Shown: positions 9,129 through 18,213, counted from the first letter of the stretch. The stretch is DNA of 64,000 bases from Candidatus Limnocylindrales bacterium (GCA_035553915.1 DATMJK010000059.1:5396-69395), one strand, 5' to 3'. The notes: generated by a model from the sequence alone, not told the origin. Program-made: numbers and translations.

Positions 9129-9937
9129 GGCACGACCGACCGATCGGGCCGGGTGGCGAGACCTATACTCCAGCGTCAATGGAGATGGGCACCCTCGGCA
9201 TCGGGCGCCGTACCGACCTCGGCGGCCTGGCAGAGGCAAAGGAGTCCGTCGACCGCGCGCTCGACGACCTCGCGTTGGCCGTGCTGGAGGCTCAGGAGCG
9301 AGAACGCGCGCGGCTCGCCGACGAGCTGCACGACGGCCCCGCCCAGGCGCTGAGCAACCTGATCATGCAGAGCGAGATCATCGAGCGCCACCTGAAGGTC
9401 GATCCGGGGCTCGCGTTGGAGGAGCTGCAGCGGCTGCGCCAGCTGGTCCGCGCGGAGCTCGAGACGCTGCGCGCCTACATCTACCAGCTGCGCCCGCCTA
9501 TGGCCGACTCGGGCGACCTCAACAACGCCCTGACGGAGGCGGCCGAGCGGCTGGGTGAGATGAGCGGGCTGAATGTGGAGGTGCGGCTGCAGGCGCCGGT
9601 CGAGGGCCTCGATCTCGCCGCCCGGCCGGCCGTGTTGCGCGTTGCCCAGGAGGCGCTGCGCAACGTGGCGAAGCACGCCCAGGCGCGCCGCGCCTGGCTG
9701 CACACGAAGCTCGAGCCGGGGCCGCGCGGACACGCCGAGTGGCACCTCGAGATCGGCGACGACGGCCGCGGCTTCGAGCCGGCTGAGCTCGGCGACCAGG
9801 CGCGGCGACGTCACTTTGGCCTGCGTTTCATGCGCGAGCGCTCAGAGCTCCTGGGCGCCCGATTGGCAATCGACAGCAAACCGGGCAACGGCACCGTCGT
9901 TCGCCTGATCGTCAACAGCAGTGGGAGTGAGAGATGA
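9110..9937 (+). CDS. soluble HisKA_3-type histidine kinase (DegS-like catalytic core, minimal sensor region)
   Basis: H box ADELHDGPAQALSNL, N box QEALRNVAKHA, G1 IGDDGRGF and G2 FGLRFMRERSELLGARLAIDSKPGNGT are all present. No TM helices. The start is uncertain (GTG 9110, ATG 9122 or ATG 9179). Confidence 0.8.
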   Translation: MPLAMVRHDRPIGPGGETYTPASMEMGTLGIGRRTDLGGLAEAKESVDRALDDLALAVLEAQERERARLADELHDGPAQALSNLIMQSEIIERHLKVDPGLALEELQRLRQLVRAELETLRAYIYQLRPPMADSGDLNNALTEAAERLGEMSGLNVEVRLQAPVEGLDLAARPAVLRVAQEALRNVAKHAQARRAWLHTKLEPGPRGHAEWHLEIGDDGRGFEPAELGDQARRRHFGLRFMRERSELLGARLAIDSKPGNGTVVRLIVNSSGSER

Positions 9938-10686
9938 CCGACATGACGACCGATTACGCCGGGCCTGAGCGCCGGCGCGGCGGACCGGACCGCCGAAACC
10001 CCGACCAGCGGACCAAGATCCTGCTCGTCGACGACCACGCCCTGTTCCGGATGGGCATGCGCCAGATCCTGGAGCGCGAGCCAGATTTCGACATCGTCGG
10101 CGAGGCCGAGGATCCGCGGGAGGCCTTCCAGCAGGCTGTCGACGGATCGCCGGACATCATCCTGCTCGACCTGTCGCTGCCGGCGCCGGGCGGCATCGAA
10201 ACGACGCAGCGACTCAAGCGCGAGATCCCGAGCGTGGGCATCATCGCCCTCGCCGTCGCCGAGGACGAGGACCAGCTATTCGAGGCGATCAAGGCCGGCG
10301 CGGCGGCATTCATCCTGAAAGACATCAACCCAGACGATCTGGTCACGATCATTCGCCGCGTCCGAGCCGGCGAGTACTTGATCAACGACAAGGTCTTCTC
10401 CCGGCCGTCGGTCGCCAGCCGCGTGCTCAAGGAGTTCCGCGAGCTGGCCGTAGACGGCCAGGAGGCGGCGCCGATCTTCGCCCCGCTCTCGCCGCGCGAG
10501 GTCGAGATCCTGGACAACATCGCCAAGGGCATGACCAACAAGCAGGTCGCCTACGCCCTCTCGATCAGCGAGCAGACGGTCAAGAACCACATGAGCTCGA
10601 TCCTTCGCAAGCTCTCTGTCAACGACCGCACGCAGGCCGTGGTCTATGCCATGAAGCAGGGCTGGATCCGCATCCCGGAGGACTGA
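9934..10686 (+). CDS. NarL/LuxR-family response regulator, DegU-like
   Basis: Receiver domain (ILLVDDHALFR, IILLDLSLP, FILKD) plus a LuxR helix-turn-helix (LSPREVEILDNIAKGMTNKQVAYALSISEQTVKNHMSSILRKL). The C-terminal VNDRTQAVVYAMKQGWI closely resembles B. subtilis DegU. Overlaps the kinase gene by 4 nt. Confidence 0.9.
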   Translation: MTDMTTDYAGPERRRGGPDRRNPDQRTKILLVDDHALFRMGMRQILEREPDFDIVGEAEDPREAFQQAVDGSPDIILLDLSLPAPGGIETTQRLKREIPSVGIIALAVAEDEDQLFEAIKAGAAAFILKDINPDDLVTIIRRVRAGEYLINDKVFSRPSVASRVLKEFRELAVDGQEAAPIFAPLSPREVEILDNIAKGMTNKQVAYALSISEQTVKNHMSSILRKLSVNDRTQAVVYAMKQGWIRIPED

Positions 10687-10692
10687 TCGGCG

Positions 10693-11838
10693 ATGGCCGA
10701 GGAAGGGGCCGAGCTGGCCGACCGACTGGCCGACCAGCGCTCGGCCGTCCAGCGCGAGCTCGAGGAGATCGAGCTGCTGATGCGCCAGGCGCGGACCGAA
10801 GCGGATCGGCATGCCACGCGGCGCGAGTCGACCGCCGAGCGGCTGCAGGCGCTGATGGAGGAGCACGGCGTGCCACAGCCGGTCCGGGAGGCGCACGAGC
10901 AGCTGATGCTGCAGCACCAGCGCAGCGGTTTGATGAGCGCCCAGCTCGAGGTGCTCGAGGGCAAGCAGCGGGTGCTCGAGCGGCTGATGGCCACGCTCGA
11001 GGACGTCGGTGCGACGCTCGGCGGCATGGCCCGCGATGAGACGCCGGCGGTCCCTGGGAACGGCGCCGAACGGCCAGCAGCGGGCCCGGCCGGCGGCGCC
11101 CAGTCGCGTACGGTGCTGGCCGCCCAGGAGGAGATGCGCCGCGCGATTGCCCGGCAGATGCACGACGGACCGGCCCAGAGCATCGCCAACATCGCCCTCC
11201 AGGCGGAGGTGGTGCAGCGGCTGATGGCCCGCCAGCCCGACGCCGCCGAGCGTGAGATCGGCGAGCTGCGACAGATGGTCCAGCACGCCCTCGAGGCGAC
11301 CAAGAGCTTCATCTTCGACGTGCGGCCGATGGTCCTCGACGACCTCGGCCTCGTGCCCACCTTGCGCCGGGCCGTCAGCCAGCGTCAGCGAGCGAGCGGC
11401 GTGGCGGTACGCTTCGAATCGGTCGGCGCTGATCGGCGGCTCGAGCCAGAGGTCGAGACACAGCTCTTCCGGATCCTTGACGACGCGCTGGCAGGCCTGC
11501 TCGGCCGCCGCCCGGTCGAGGTCGTGCTGCGTCTCAATTGGACCGATGAGGAGCTAAGCCTGGCCATGCGCAGCCGGCCGCCTTCCGGCGCAGCCGAGGT
11601 CAGCATCGACCTGACGTCCGCCCAGCCGAGCGTGCCCTCCGCGCTGGCCGATATGATCCGCGACCAGGACGCCGACGATGCCGCCCGGGAGGACGTTCGG
11701 CGCCAGGCGTATGGCCTTGCCTCCGAGCTCCTGGACGACCTAGAGCAGCGCGCTCGCGCGGTCGGCATCCAGCTGCTGGCGATCGACGGCGGACTACGCC
11801 TGGAAGGGCTTGTGAAGCACGCCAACGGCACCAGATAG
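10693..11838 (+). CDS. DegS-like sensor/DHp protein with degenerate ATPase domain (pseudokinase)
   Basis: About 150 aa of N-terminal coiled coil are followed by an intact H box ARQMHDGPAQSIANIAL and FDVRPMVLDDLGLVPTL, very like DegS. Where the N box and G1 box are expected the sequence reads FRILDDALAGLLGRR and AMRSRPPSG, so ATP-binding residues are missing. Confidence 0.7.
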   Translation: MAEEGAELADRLADQRSAVQRELEEIELLMRQARTEADRHATRRESTAERLQALMEEHGVPQPVREAHEQLMLQHQRSGLMSAQLEVLEGKQRVLERLMATLEDVGATLGGMARDETPAVPGNGAERPAAGPAGGAQSRTVLAAQEEMRRAIARQMHDGPAQSIANIALQAEVVQRLMARQPDAAEREIGELRQMVQHALEATKSFIFDVRPMVLDDLGLVPTLRRAVSQRQRASGVAVRFESVGADRRLEPEVETQLFRILDDALAGLLGRRPVEVVLRLNWTDEELSLAMRSRPPSGAAEVSIDLTSAQPSVPSALADMIRDQDADDAAREDVRRQAYGLASELLDDLEQRARAVGIQLLAIDGGLRLEGLVKHANGTR

Positions 11839-11936
11839 GACAGGACTCCTTTCCCATACCAAAGGCGCGTGGCCGACCGTAGCGTTTGGGCCGGTCCCGA
11901 GATTGCCGGGCTCAACCAACCAACGGAGGTCAAGGA

Positions 11937-12098
11937 ATGCTCCAGCTGTATCGCCTGTTCAAGGGCGACGAGCGCGGCCAGGGACTGGCAGAGTACGCGC
12001 TCATCCTGGCCCTGATCGCGGTCCTCGCGATCGTGGCGGTCACCTTCCTGGGTGGCCAGATCAACGCCATCCTGTCGGACGTCGGAAACAAGATCTAA
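11937..12098 (+). CDS. flp: Flp-family type IVb pilin
   Basis: MLQLYRLFKGDERG/QGLAEYALILALIAVLAIVAV carries the G-x4-EY Flp processing motif followed by a hydrophobic helix. GGAGG lies about 7 nt upstream of ATG 11937 (Met18 of track ORF 11886..12098). Confidence 0.85.
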   Translation: MLQLYRLFKGDERGQGLAEYALILALIAVLAIVAVTFLGGQINAILSDVGNKI

Positions 12099-12126
12099 GC
12101 GCTCCGTCCGAGGGATACGAGAGGGG

Positions 12127-12155
12127 ACGCCGGCCGAAGGGGCCGGCGTTTCTTC
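12127..12155 (+). terminator. rho-independent terminator after flp1
   Basis: acgccggcc-gaagg-ggccggcgt forms a 9-bp GC stem followed by ttcttc, about 28 nt after the flp1 stop. Confidence 0.6.
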
Positions 12156-12183
12156 ATATCCGGGCCCTGCTAGCATCCGGGTC

Positions 12184-12354
12184 ATGTCGATCCGGCACAA
12201 CCGCCCGCGCGCGCCACGCGCCTCCGGCCAGGCACTGGCTGAGTACGTGCTCATCGTGGCGCTGATCGCCGTCGTCGCCCTCGTCGCGCTGAGCTTCTTC
12301 GGGACCCAGCTGAGCGACATCCTCTCGACCATCGGCGACACGATCAACCCCTGA
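12184..12354 (+). CDS. flp: Flp-family type IVb pilin, second copy with Arg-rich leader
   Basis: MSIRHNRPRAPRAS/GQALAEYVLIVALIAVVALVAL has the same G-x4-EY motif. ATG 12184 is Met45 of track ORF 12052..12354. Confidence 0.8.
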   Translation: MSIRHNRPRAPRASGQALAEYVLIVALIAVVALVALSFFGTQLSDILSTIGDTINP

Positions 12355-12504
12355 TCCGCGCCGCGGCGCCGGTGGGCGCGCGGACACGCGAATCGGCCGA
12401 GCTAGTGGTACGAGTGGGTCATTCCTCGCCCCTGGCCCGTGGTGCACCTTTGCACCGCCGGCTCGATCCGGCGCATGGTGGGGAGCCCATCCCCAAGCGC
12501 AGCG

Positions 12505-12550
12505 GAGCGGTACCGACCTCTCCTCCTCGGGTCGGTACCGCTCTTCTGTT
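12505..12550 (+). terminator. rho-independent terminator about 150 nt downstream of flp2
   Basis: gagcggtaccgacc and ggtcggtaccgctc form a perfect 14-bp stem with an 11-nt loop, followed by ttctgttt. Confidence 0.6.
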
Positions 12551-12668
12551 TCCGCCACAAAAGAGTTGCCGGCGCGCACGGTCCTAGGCCTTTCGTACAG
12601 TCGAATCGCCTGTGGTCCGAGCCTAGAGTCGGTGACACCTGTCACAACTCACCTCGGGAGTCAGTCCT

Positions 12669-13499
12669 TTGAAGCGCTCTAACCGCGTCGTTCTGATGTT
12701 CGGGGTCGCACTCGCCGCCATCGCCTTCGTCGGCGTGCTGGCGATCGGCTCACTTGGCGGCAACAACGAGCCCCCGCCGGTCGAGACCGTGCAGGTGGTC
12801 GTGGCCACGGCCGACGTGCCCCTGGGTACGCAGCTGACGGCCGACATGCTGGGCACGCAGGAGCGGCCGATCCCGCAGGCGGCCGGCACGTTCCAGTCGC
12901 CCGACGAGCTGATCGGTCGGGTCATCCGGCGCAGCGCGTCGGCCGGTCACGTGCTGCGCGACACCGACTTCGACGGCGGCGCGCCGCAGGCTGACATCGC
13001 GTCGACGATCGGCCCGGGCCTGCGCGGCATCGCCGTCGCGCTGGACAAGGTCGACGGCGTTGGCTACCTCGTCCAGCCGGGCGACCGAGTGGACGTCGTG
13101 CTCACGACCTCGACCGACGACACGCCGATTGCCATCCCCAACCCGCTCTATCCAAACGAGAGCGGCGATCCGCTGATCCTGCTCGACGATTGGCTGAACA
13201 ACACCAGCGTCAAGGTCCTCGTCCAGAACGTGCAGGTGGTCGGCCTCATCCGCCCGACCTCCGCCGAGCCGACCAACGAGCAGGCCGCCGCCGCCGACCC
13301 CGGCCAGGTGATCGCCATCCTGGCGGTCACGCCGCAGCAGGTCGAGCTGGTGCGCTTCGCCCAGCAGGCGGGCACCGTGTCAGTCGTCATGCGCTCGCCG
13401 TATGACAGCACGGCTGGCGACGTGCCCACCACCGGCATCACCCTGCGCGAGCTGATCACCGTCCACGGCGTCCTGCCGCCACAGCCCGTCCAGCCCTGA
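12669..13499 (+). CDS. cpaB: Flp pilus assembly protein CpaB/RcpC
   Basis: TTG start preceded by GGGAG. N-terminal membrane anchor (VVLMFGVALAAIAFVGVLAI) followed by a SAF/RcpC-like region. It occupies the expected position in the Tad locus. Confidence 0.8.
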   Translation: MKRSNRVVLMFGVALAAIAFVGVLAIGSLGGNNEPPPVETVQVVVATADVPLGTQLTADMLGTQERPIPQAAGTFQSPDELIGRVIRRSASAGHVLRDTDFDGGAPQADIASTIGPGLRGIAVALDKVDGVGYLVQPGDRVDVVLTTSTDDTPIAIPNPLYPNESGDPLILLDDWLNNTSVKVLVQNVQVVGLIRPTSAEPTNEQAAAADPGQVIAILAVTPQQVELVRFAQQAGTVSVVMRSPYDSTAGDVPTTGITLRELITVHGVLPPQPVQP

Positions 13500-13541
13500 T
13501 CTGCGGGGCGGGGACAAGCACTCACCAGCGGGCAGGCAGAG

Positions 13542-14789
13542 ATGGCTGATCGAATCCGGGTCGTCATCGTTGATGACATCCCCGAGACGCGTGAGCACCT
13601 GACCAAGCTGCTCGGCTTCGAGCCGGACATGGAGGTCGTGGGCAGCGCCGGCTCGGGCGCCGAGGCGCTCGAGATGGCAGATGCGCTGCGCCCGAATGCC
13701 CTGCTGCTCGACATCAACATGCCCGAGATGGACGGCATTGCGACCGCCGAGAGGCTGGTCAGCCGCGCACCCACGACGGCGGTGATCATGATGAGCGTCC
13801 AGGGCGAGGCCGACTACCTGCGCCGGGCGATGCTCGCCGGCGCGCGCGAGTTCCTGGTCAAGCCGTTCAGCTCAGATGAGCTGGTCGCGTCGATCCGCCA
13901 GGTCGTGTCGCGCGAGCGCGAGAAGCTCAGCCGCGTCGCGCTCAGCGCCGAGTCGAGCGAGCGTGCCGAGCCGGACACTCGGAGCGGCCGGATGATCACC
14001 CTCTTTGCCGCCAAGGGCGGCGTCGGCCGGACGACCCTGGCGGTCAACCTGGCAGCAGCGGCAATGAGCCTCGGCCAGCGCGTCGTGCTGGTCGACGGCA
14101 GCCTGCAGTTCGGCGACATCGGGATGATGCTCAACCTCGATCCCAAGAACAAGTCGATCGTCGATGTCGCACGCGCCGCCGCGGCCGGCGAGCCCGATCC
14201 GCTCGAGGGCGCGCTCGTCCGCCACAGCACCGGTCTCGACGTGCTGATGGCCCCGCCCAGCCCCGAGATGGCCGAGCTGGTCACTAGCCAGGAGGTCGAG
14301 CGGGTGGCCAGTGCGCTGCGCAAGACGCACGACCTGATCGTCGTCGATGCCTGGCCGTGGCTGCACGACACGACGCTCGCGTTCCTTGATCAGTCGGACG
14401 TCATCCTGGCCATGCTCACCCTCGAGATCACGAGCATCAAGAACTGCCGCCAATTCCTGGCCGTGGTCGATCAGCTCGGCTACGAGCGGGATAAGGTCGA
14501 GCTGCTGCTCAACCGCTCTGACGCCGCCTACGGCATCCGTGCGCAGGACGTCGAGCGGTCCATCGGCCGGCACATCGAGCACAGCATCGTCTCCGACGGC
14601 CGGACAGTCGTGACATCGCTCAATCGCGGCCAGCCATTCGTGCTCGCCGCACCGCAGGCGAAGGTCAGCCAGGACGTCATGAAGGTTGCCCGTGCGCTGG
14701 CAACGCCGCGGCCGGCGACCACGGCCGAGAAGCAATCAGATAGCAAAGCGCCCGCCGGCCAGCGGAGGTCACTGCTGGCATGGCGCTGA
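13542..14789 (+). CDS. cpaE: CpaE/TadZ-like pilus assembly ATPase with N-terminal receiver domain
   Basis: Receiver motifs VVIVDDIPETR, LLLDINMPEMDG, IMMSVQG and FLVKPF are followed by a MinD/ParA-type deviant Walker A, FAAKGGVGRTTLAVNLA. Confidence 0.85.
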   Translation: MADRIRVVIVDDIPETREHLTKLLGFEPDMEVVGSAGSGAEALEMADALRPNALLLDINMPEMDGIATAERLVSRAPTTAVIMMSVQGEADYLRRAMLAGAREFLVKPFSSDELVASIRQVVSREREKLSRVALSAESSERAEPDTRSGRMITLFAAKGGVGRTTLAVNLAAAAMSLGQRVVLVDGSLQFGDIGMMLNLDPKNKSIVDVARAAAAGEPDPLEGALVRHSTGLDVLMAPPSPEMAELVTSQEVERVASALRKTHDLIVVDAWPWLHDTTLAFLDQSDVILAMLTLEITSIKNCRQFLAVVDQLGYERDKVELLLNRSDAAYGIRAQDVERSIGRHIEHSIVSDGRTVVTSLNRGQPFVLAAPQAKVSQDVMKVARALATPRPATTAEKQSDSKAPAGQRRSLLAWR

Positions 14790-14837
14790 TCAACCTGACC
14801 CACCCGTCGAAGCCACAAGCCTGGAGGAGCACGCCCG

Positions 14838-16268
14838 ATGTCGCTGCTTAGGAGGATCGAGAGCGCCCGGCCGGCCAGCGAGGGCGCGCCGCCGATCGCC
14901 GATGACGGTGCGAGCGCAAACCTGCCGGCCGTGCCCAACACGCCAAACGCGCCGGCCGAGGCCGGCACCCGTGCGCCCGGTCCGCGGATGCTCAGCCAGG
15001 TGCCGCTGCGCGAGAACTTCCGCGACGCCAAGCTGCGCATCCAGCAGCGGGTGATTAGCGACCTCAACCCGAAACTCGACCTGGCCAACCAGATCGAGGT
15101 CCGGCGCGAGATCGAGGAGACCTTCGGCCGCGCCCTCGACGATGAGGGACTGGCGCTGACACGCGCCGAGCGGGCGCGGATGCTAGAGCAGATCACCGAT
15201 GAGATCGTCGGCCTTGGCCCGCTCGAGCCGCTGCTGCGCGACGAGAGCATCAGCGAGGTGATGGTCAACGGCGCGCGCCAGGTCTACATCGAGCGTGCCG
15301 GCAAGATCGAGCTGACCAACATCACCTTCCAGAACGACGAGCACGTGATGCGCATCATCGACCGCATCATCAGCCCGATCGGACGGCGCATCGACGAGTC
15401 GAGCCCGATGGTCGACGCCCGCCTGGTGGACGGCTCGCGCGTCAACGCGATCATCCCGCCGATCAGCCTGGTCGGGCCGGTGCTGACCGTGCGCAAGTTC
15501 GCGGCCTCGCCGCTGACGACGGACGACCTCATCCGCTACGGCACGGCCACGCCGGACATGTTCGACTTCCTGCGTGCCTGCGTCGAGGCGCGGCTCAACA
15601 TCTTCGTCTCCGGCGGCACCGGCTCAGGCAAGACGACGATGCTCAACGTGCTCAGCTCGTTCATCCCCAACGGCGAGCGGATCGTGACCATCGAGGACGC
15701 GGCCGAGCTCCAGCTCCGCCAGGAGCACGTGGTCACGCTCGAGAGCCGGCCGCCCAACATCGAGGGCCAGGGCGCCATCCCCATCCGCGAGCTGGTGCGC
15801 AATGCGCTGCGCATGCGGCCTGACCGGATCATCGTCGGGGAGTGCCGCAGCGGCGAGGCGCTGGACATGCTCCAGGCAATGAACACCGGCCATGACGGCT
15901 CGATGTCCACCGGCCACGCCAACACCCCGCGCGACATGCTCAGCCGCCTCGAGACGATGGTCCTGATGGCCGGCGTGGACCTGCCCCTGCGGGCCATACG
16001 CGAGCAGGTCTCATCAGCCGTCGACCTGATCGTCCACCAGGACCGGCTGCGCGACGGCGCGCGCAAGATCACTGCCATCACCGAGGTGCAGGGCATCGAG
16101 GGTGATGTGATCGTGATGCAGGACGTCTTCAGCTTCGAGCAGACGGGCGTCATCGACGGCAAGGTCGAGGGCCGGCTGCGGCCGACAGGTGTCCGGCCGC
16201 GCTTCGCCGAGAAGTTCGCGGCGATGGGCATCCACCTGCCGCCGGGCCTGTTCGGGCAGGCGGTCTGA
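14838..16268 (+). CDS. cpaF: CpaF/TadA secretion ATPase
   Basis: Walker A VSGGTGSGKTTMLN, Asp box/Walker B RIVTIEDAAEL and IIVGECRSGEA, and His box NTGHDGSMSTGHAN. Confidence 0.95.
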   Translation: MSLLRRIESARPASEGAPPIADDGASANLPAVPNTPNAPAEAGTRAPGPRMLSQVPLRENFRDAKLRIQQRVISDLNPKLDLANQIEVRREIEETFGRALDDEGLALTRAERARMLEQITDEIVGLGPLEPLLRDESISEVMVNGARQVYIERAGKIELTNITFQNDEHVMRIIDRIISPIGRRIDESSPMVDARLVDGSRVNAIIPPISLVGPVLTVRKFAASPLTTDDLIRYGTATPDMFDFLRACVEARLNIFVSGGTGSGKTTMLNVLSSFIPNGERIVTIEDAAELQLRQEHVVTLESRPPNIEGQGAIPIRELVRNALRMRPDRIIVGECRSGEALDMLQAMNTGHDGSMSTGHANTPRDMLSRLETMVLMAGVDLPLRAIREQVSSAVDLIVHQDRLRDGARKITAITEVQGIEGDVIVMQDVFSFEQTGVIDGKVEGRLRPTGVRPRFAEKFAAMGIHLPPGLFGQAV

Positions 16269-16269
16269 G

Positions 16270-17286
16270 ATGACTGCGGACATGCTCACCATCGGCGTTG
16301 CCCTGCTGGCCGCGCTGGCAGTGCTGTTGATCTTCGCCGCGCTGGCCAGCGGCTCCTCGGTCAACGAGCGTCTGCGCCGCTATGCCTCGGCCGAGCCTGA
16401 CAAGGCCACCGAGGCGGACAAAGCCGCCCGCCCGAACCTTGGCGAGCTCCTCTCGTCGTCGAACGCGCTGGTCAACCTGAATCGCGCTGTCGAGAACAAG
16501 GACTGGGGCGCCCACATGGCCCGCGAGCTGGCCCGCGCCGACCTCGCGCTCAAGCCGAGCGAGTACCTCGCGGTACGTGCCGGCGCGCTCCTCGGCGTGC
16601 CGATGGCGATGGTCGCGCTCAGCCCGGTCGTCTCAACGCTCAACAACCCACTGTTCTGGGCGGGCGGCCTGGTCGTGGGCTTCATGCTGCCGCGGCTGTG
16701 GGTCAACCGGCGCAAGGCCAAGCGGCTGAAGGCGTTCAACAGCGGCCTCGCCGATACGATCACGCTGCTGTCCAACGCGCTGCGCGCCGGCTCCTCGTTC
16801 CTGCAGGCGATCGAGATGGTCGTGCGCGAGACGCAGCCGCCCATCTCGACCGAGTTCGGCCGGGTCATCCGCGAGGTCAACCTCGGCCTGCCCCTCGAGC
16901 AGGCGCTGGCCAACATGACTCGCCGCGTCCGCTCCGACGACCTTGACCTGATGGCGACCGCGATCACCATCCATCACCAGGTCGGCGGCAACCTGGCGGA
17001 GATCCTCGACTCGATCGCCTTCACGATCCGCGAGCGCGTGCGCATCAAGGGCGAGATCAAGACCCTGACCGCGCAGCAGCGAATGTCCGGCTACGTCGTG
17101 GGCTTCCTGCCCATCGCACTGGTGCTGCTGATCAGCGTCATGGCGCCTGACTTCCTGCAGCCGCTCTTCCTCAAGCCGCCTGAGGTCTTCGGCGTGCCGC
17201 TAGGCATGATCGCCCTCGGGTTCGGCGGTTTCATGATGCTGATCGGCTTCGTGGCCATTCGGCGCATCGTCGACATCGAGGTCTGA
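16270..17286 (+). CDS. tadB: TadB, type II secretion system F-family membrane protein
   Basis: ATG 16270 (Met28 of track ORF 16189..17286) lies just after the cpaF stop. T2SSF-like topology with terminal TM helices. Confidence 0.85.
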   Translation: MTADMLTIGVALLAALAVLLIFAALASGSSVNERLRRYASAEPDKATEADKAARPNLGELLSSSNALVNLNRAVENKDWGAHMARELARADLALKPSEYLAVRAGALLGVPMAMVALSPVVSTLNNPLFWAGGLVVGFMLPRLWVNRRKAKRLKAFNSGLADTITLLSNALRAGSSFLQAIEMVVRETQPPISTEFGRVIREVNLGLPLEQALANMTRRVRSDDLDLMATAITIHHQVGGNLAEILDSIAFTIRERVRIKGEIKTLTAQQRMSGYVVGFLPIALVLLISVMAPDFLQPLFLKPPEVFGVPLGMIALGFGGFMMLIGFVAIRRIVDIEV

Positions 17287-17290
17287 TTCG

Positions 17291-18208
17291 ATGCTCATCC
17301 CGCTCATCCTTGCCCTCGCCGCCGCCGGCGGCGTGCTGCTCATCGTCGCCGCCGTGGTCGGCTCGCGGCCAATGGATCCCGTCCAGGCCAGGCTCAGCCA
17401 GCTCGGCTCGATGCAGGCTCGGACGCTCGAGGAGATCGAGCTCCAGCAGCCGTTCTTCGAGCGCACCGTCCGACCGCTGCTCGGTCGGCTGACCGGCTTC
17501 GCCTCGCGCCTGGCCAGTCCCAAGCGCGTAAGTCGGACCGACCGCCGGCTGATGATGGCCGGCAACCCTGGCAACCTGCGAACGATCGACTTCCTGGCCC
17601 TCAAGCTGCTCGTCGCCGGCATCGCCGGCGGGATCGGGTTCTTCGTCGGCCTGGCCATGGGCGGCGGATTCGGGATGGCCGCAATGTTCGGCCCGGCCGC
17701 CGGCGTGCTCGGGTTCATGCTGCCCGAGATCTGGCTGTCGCGGCACATCAAGGAGCGCCAGCGGCTGGTGCTGCTGGCGGTGCCTGACACGCTCGACCTG
17801 CTGACCATCTCAGTCAAGGCCGGCCTGTCGTTTGATGGCGCGCTGACCAAGGTCGTGGAGAAGACTCCGGGCCCCCTGTCCGACGAGTTCCGTCGCGCCT
17901 TGGCTGAGGTCCGCGTGGGACGCACGCGGCGCGATGCGCTACGCGATCTGGTCGAGCGGACCAATGTCCAGGCGCTGACCAACTTCATCGGCGCGATCAT
18001 CCAGGCCGAGCAGCTGGGCGTCTCGATCAGCAAGGTGCTGCAGGTCCAGTCCGAGCAGCTGCGCATCGAGCGCCGCCAGCGCGCCGAGGAGATGGCCGCC
18101 AAGGCGCCGATCAAGATGCTCTTCCCGCTCGTCGGCTGCATCTTCCCCTCGATCTTCATCGTGCTCCTGGCGCCGGCGATCATCCTGATCATGGTCAACC
18201 TGGGATAA
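17291..18208 (+). CDS. tadC: TadC, type II secretion system F-family membrane protein
   Basis: Second T2SSF-family paralogue (AVPDTLDLLTISVKAGLSFDGAL) immediately after tadB. Confidence 0.85.
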   Translation: MLIPLILALAAAGGVLLIVAAVVGSRPMDPVQARLSQLGSMQARTLEEIELQQPFFERTVRPLLGRLTGFASRLASPKRVSRTDRRLMMAGNPGNLRTIDFLALKLLVAGIAGGIGFFVGLAMGGGFGMAAMFGPAAGVLGFMLPEIWLSRHIKERQRLVLLAVPDTLDLLTISVKAGLSFDGALTKVVEKTPGPLSDEFRRALAEVRVGRTRRDALRDLVERTNVQALTNFIGAIIQAEQLGVSISKVLQVQSEQLRIERRQRAEEMAAKAPIKMLFPLVGCIFPSIFIVLLAPAIILIMVNLG

Positions 18209-18213
18209 CGCCC

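Noticed and set aside
7473-9239. 588-aa minus-strand ORF covering the second GT-C gene
   Set aside because: The translation is Arg/Gln/Pro/Gly-rich and repetitive (QQQRQRQRQRRQRQRR), with no domains. It is an antisense shadow typical of very GC-rich DNA. The plus-strand frame gives a coherent polytopic membrane protein.
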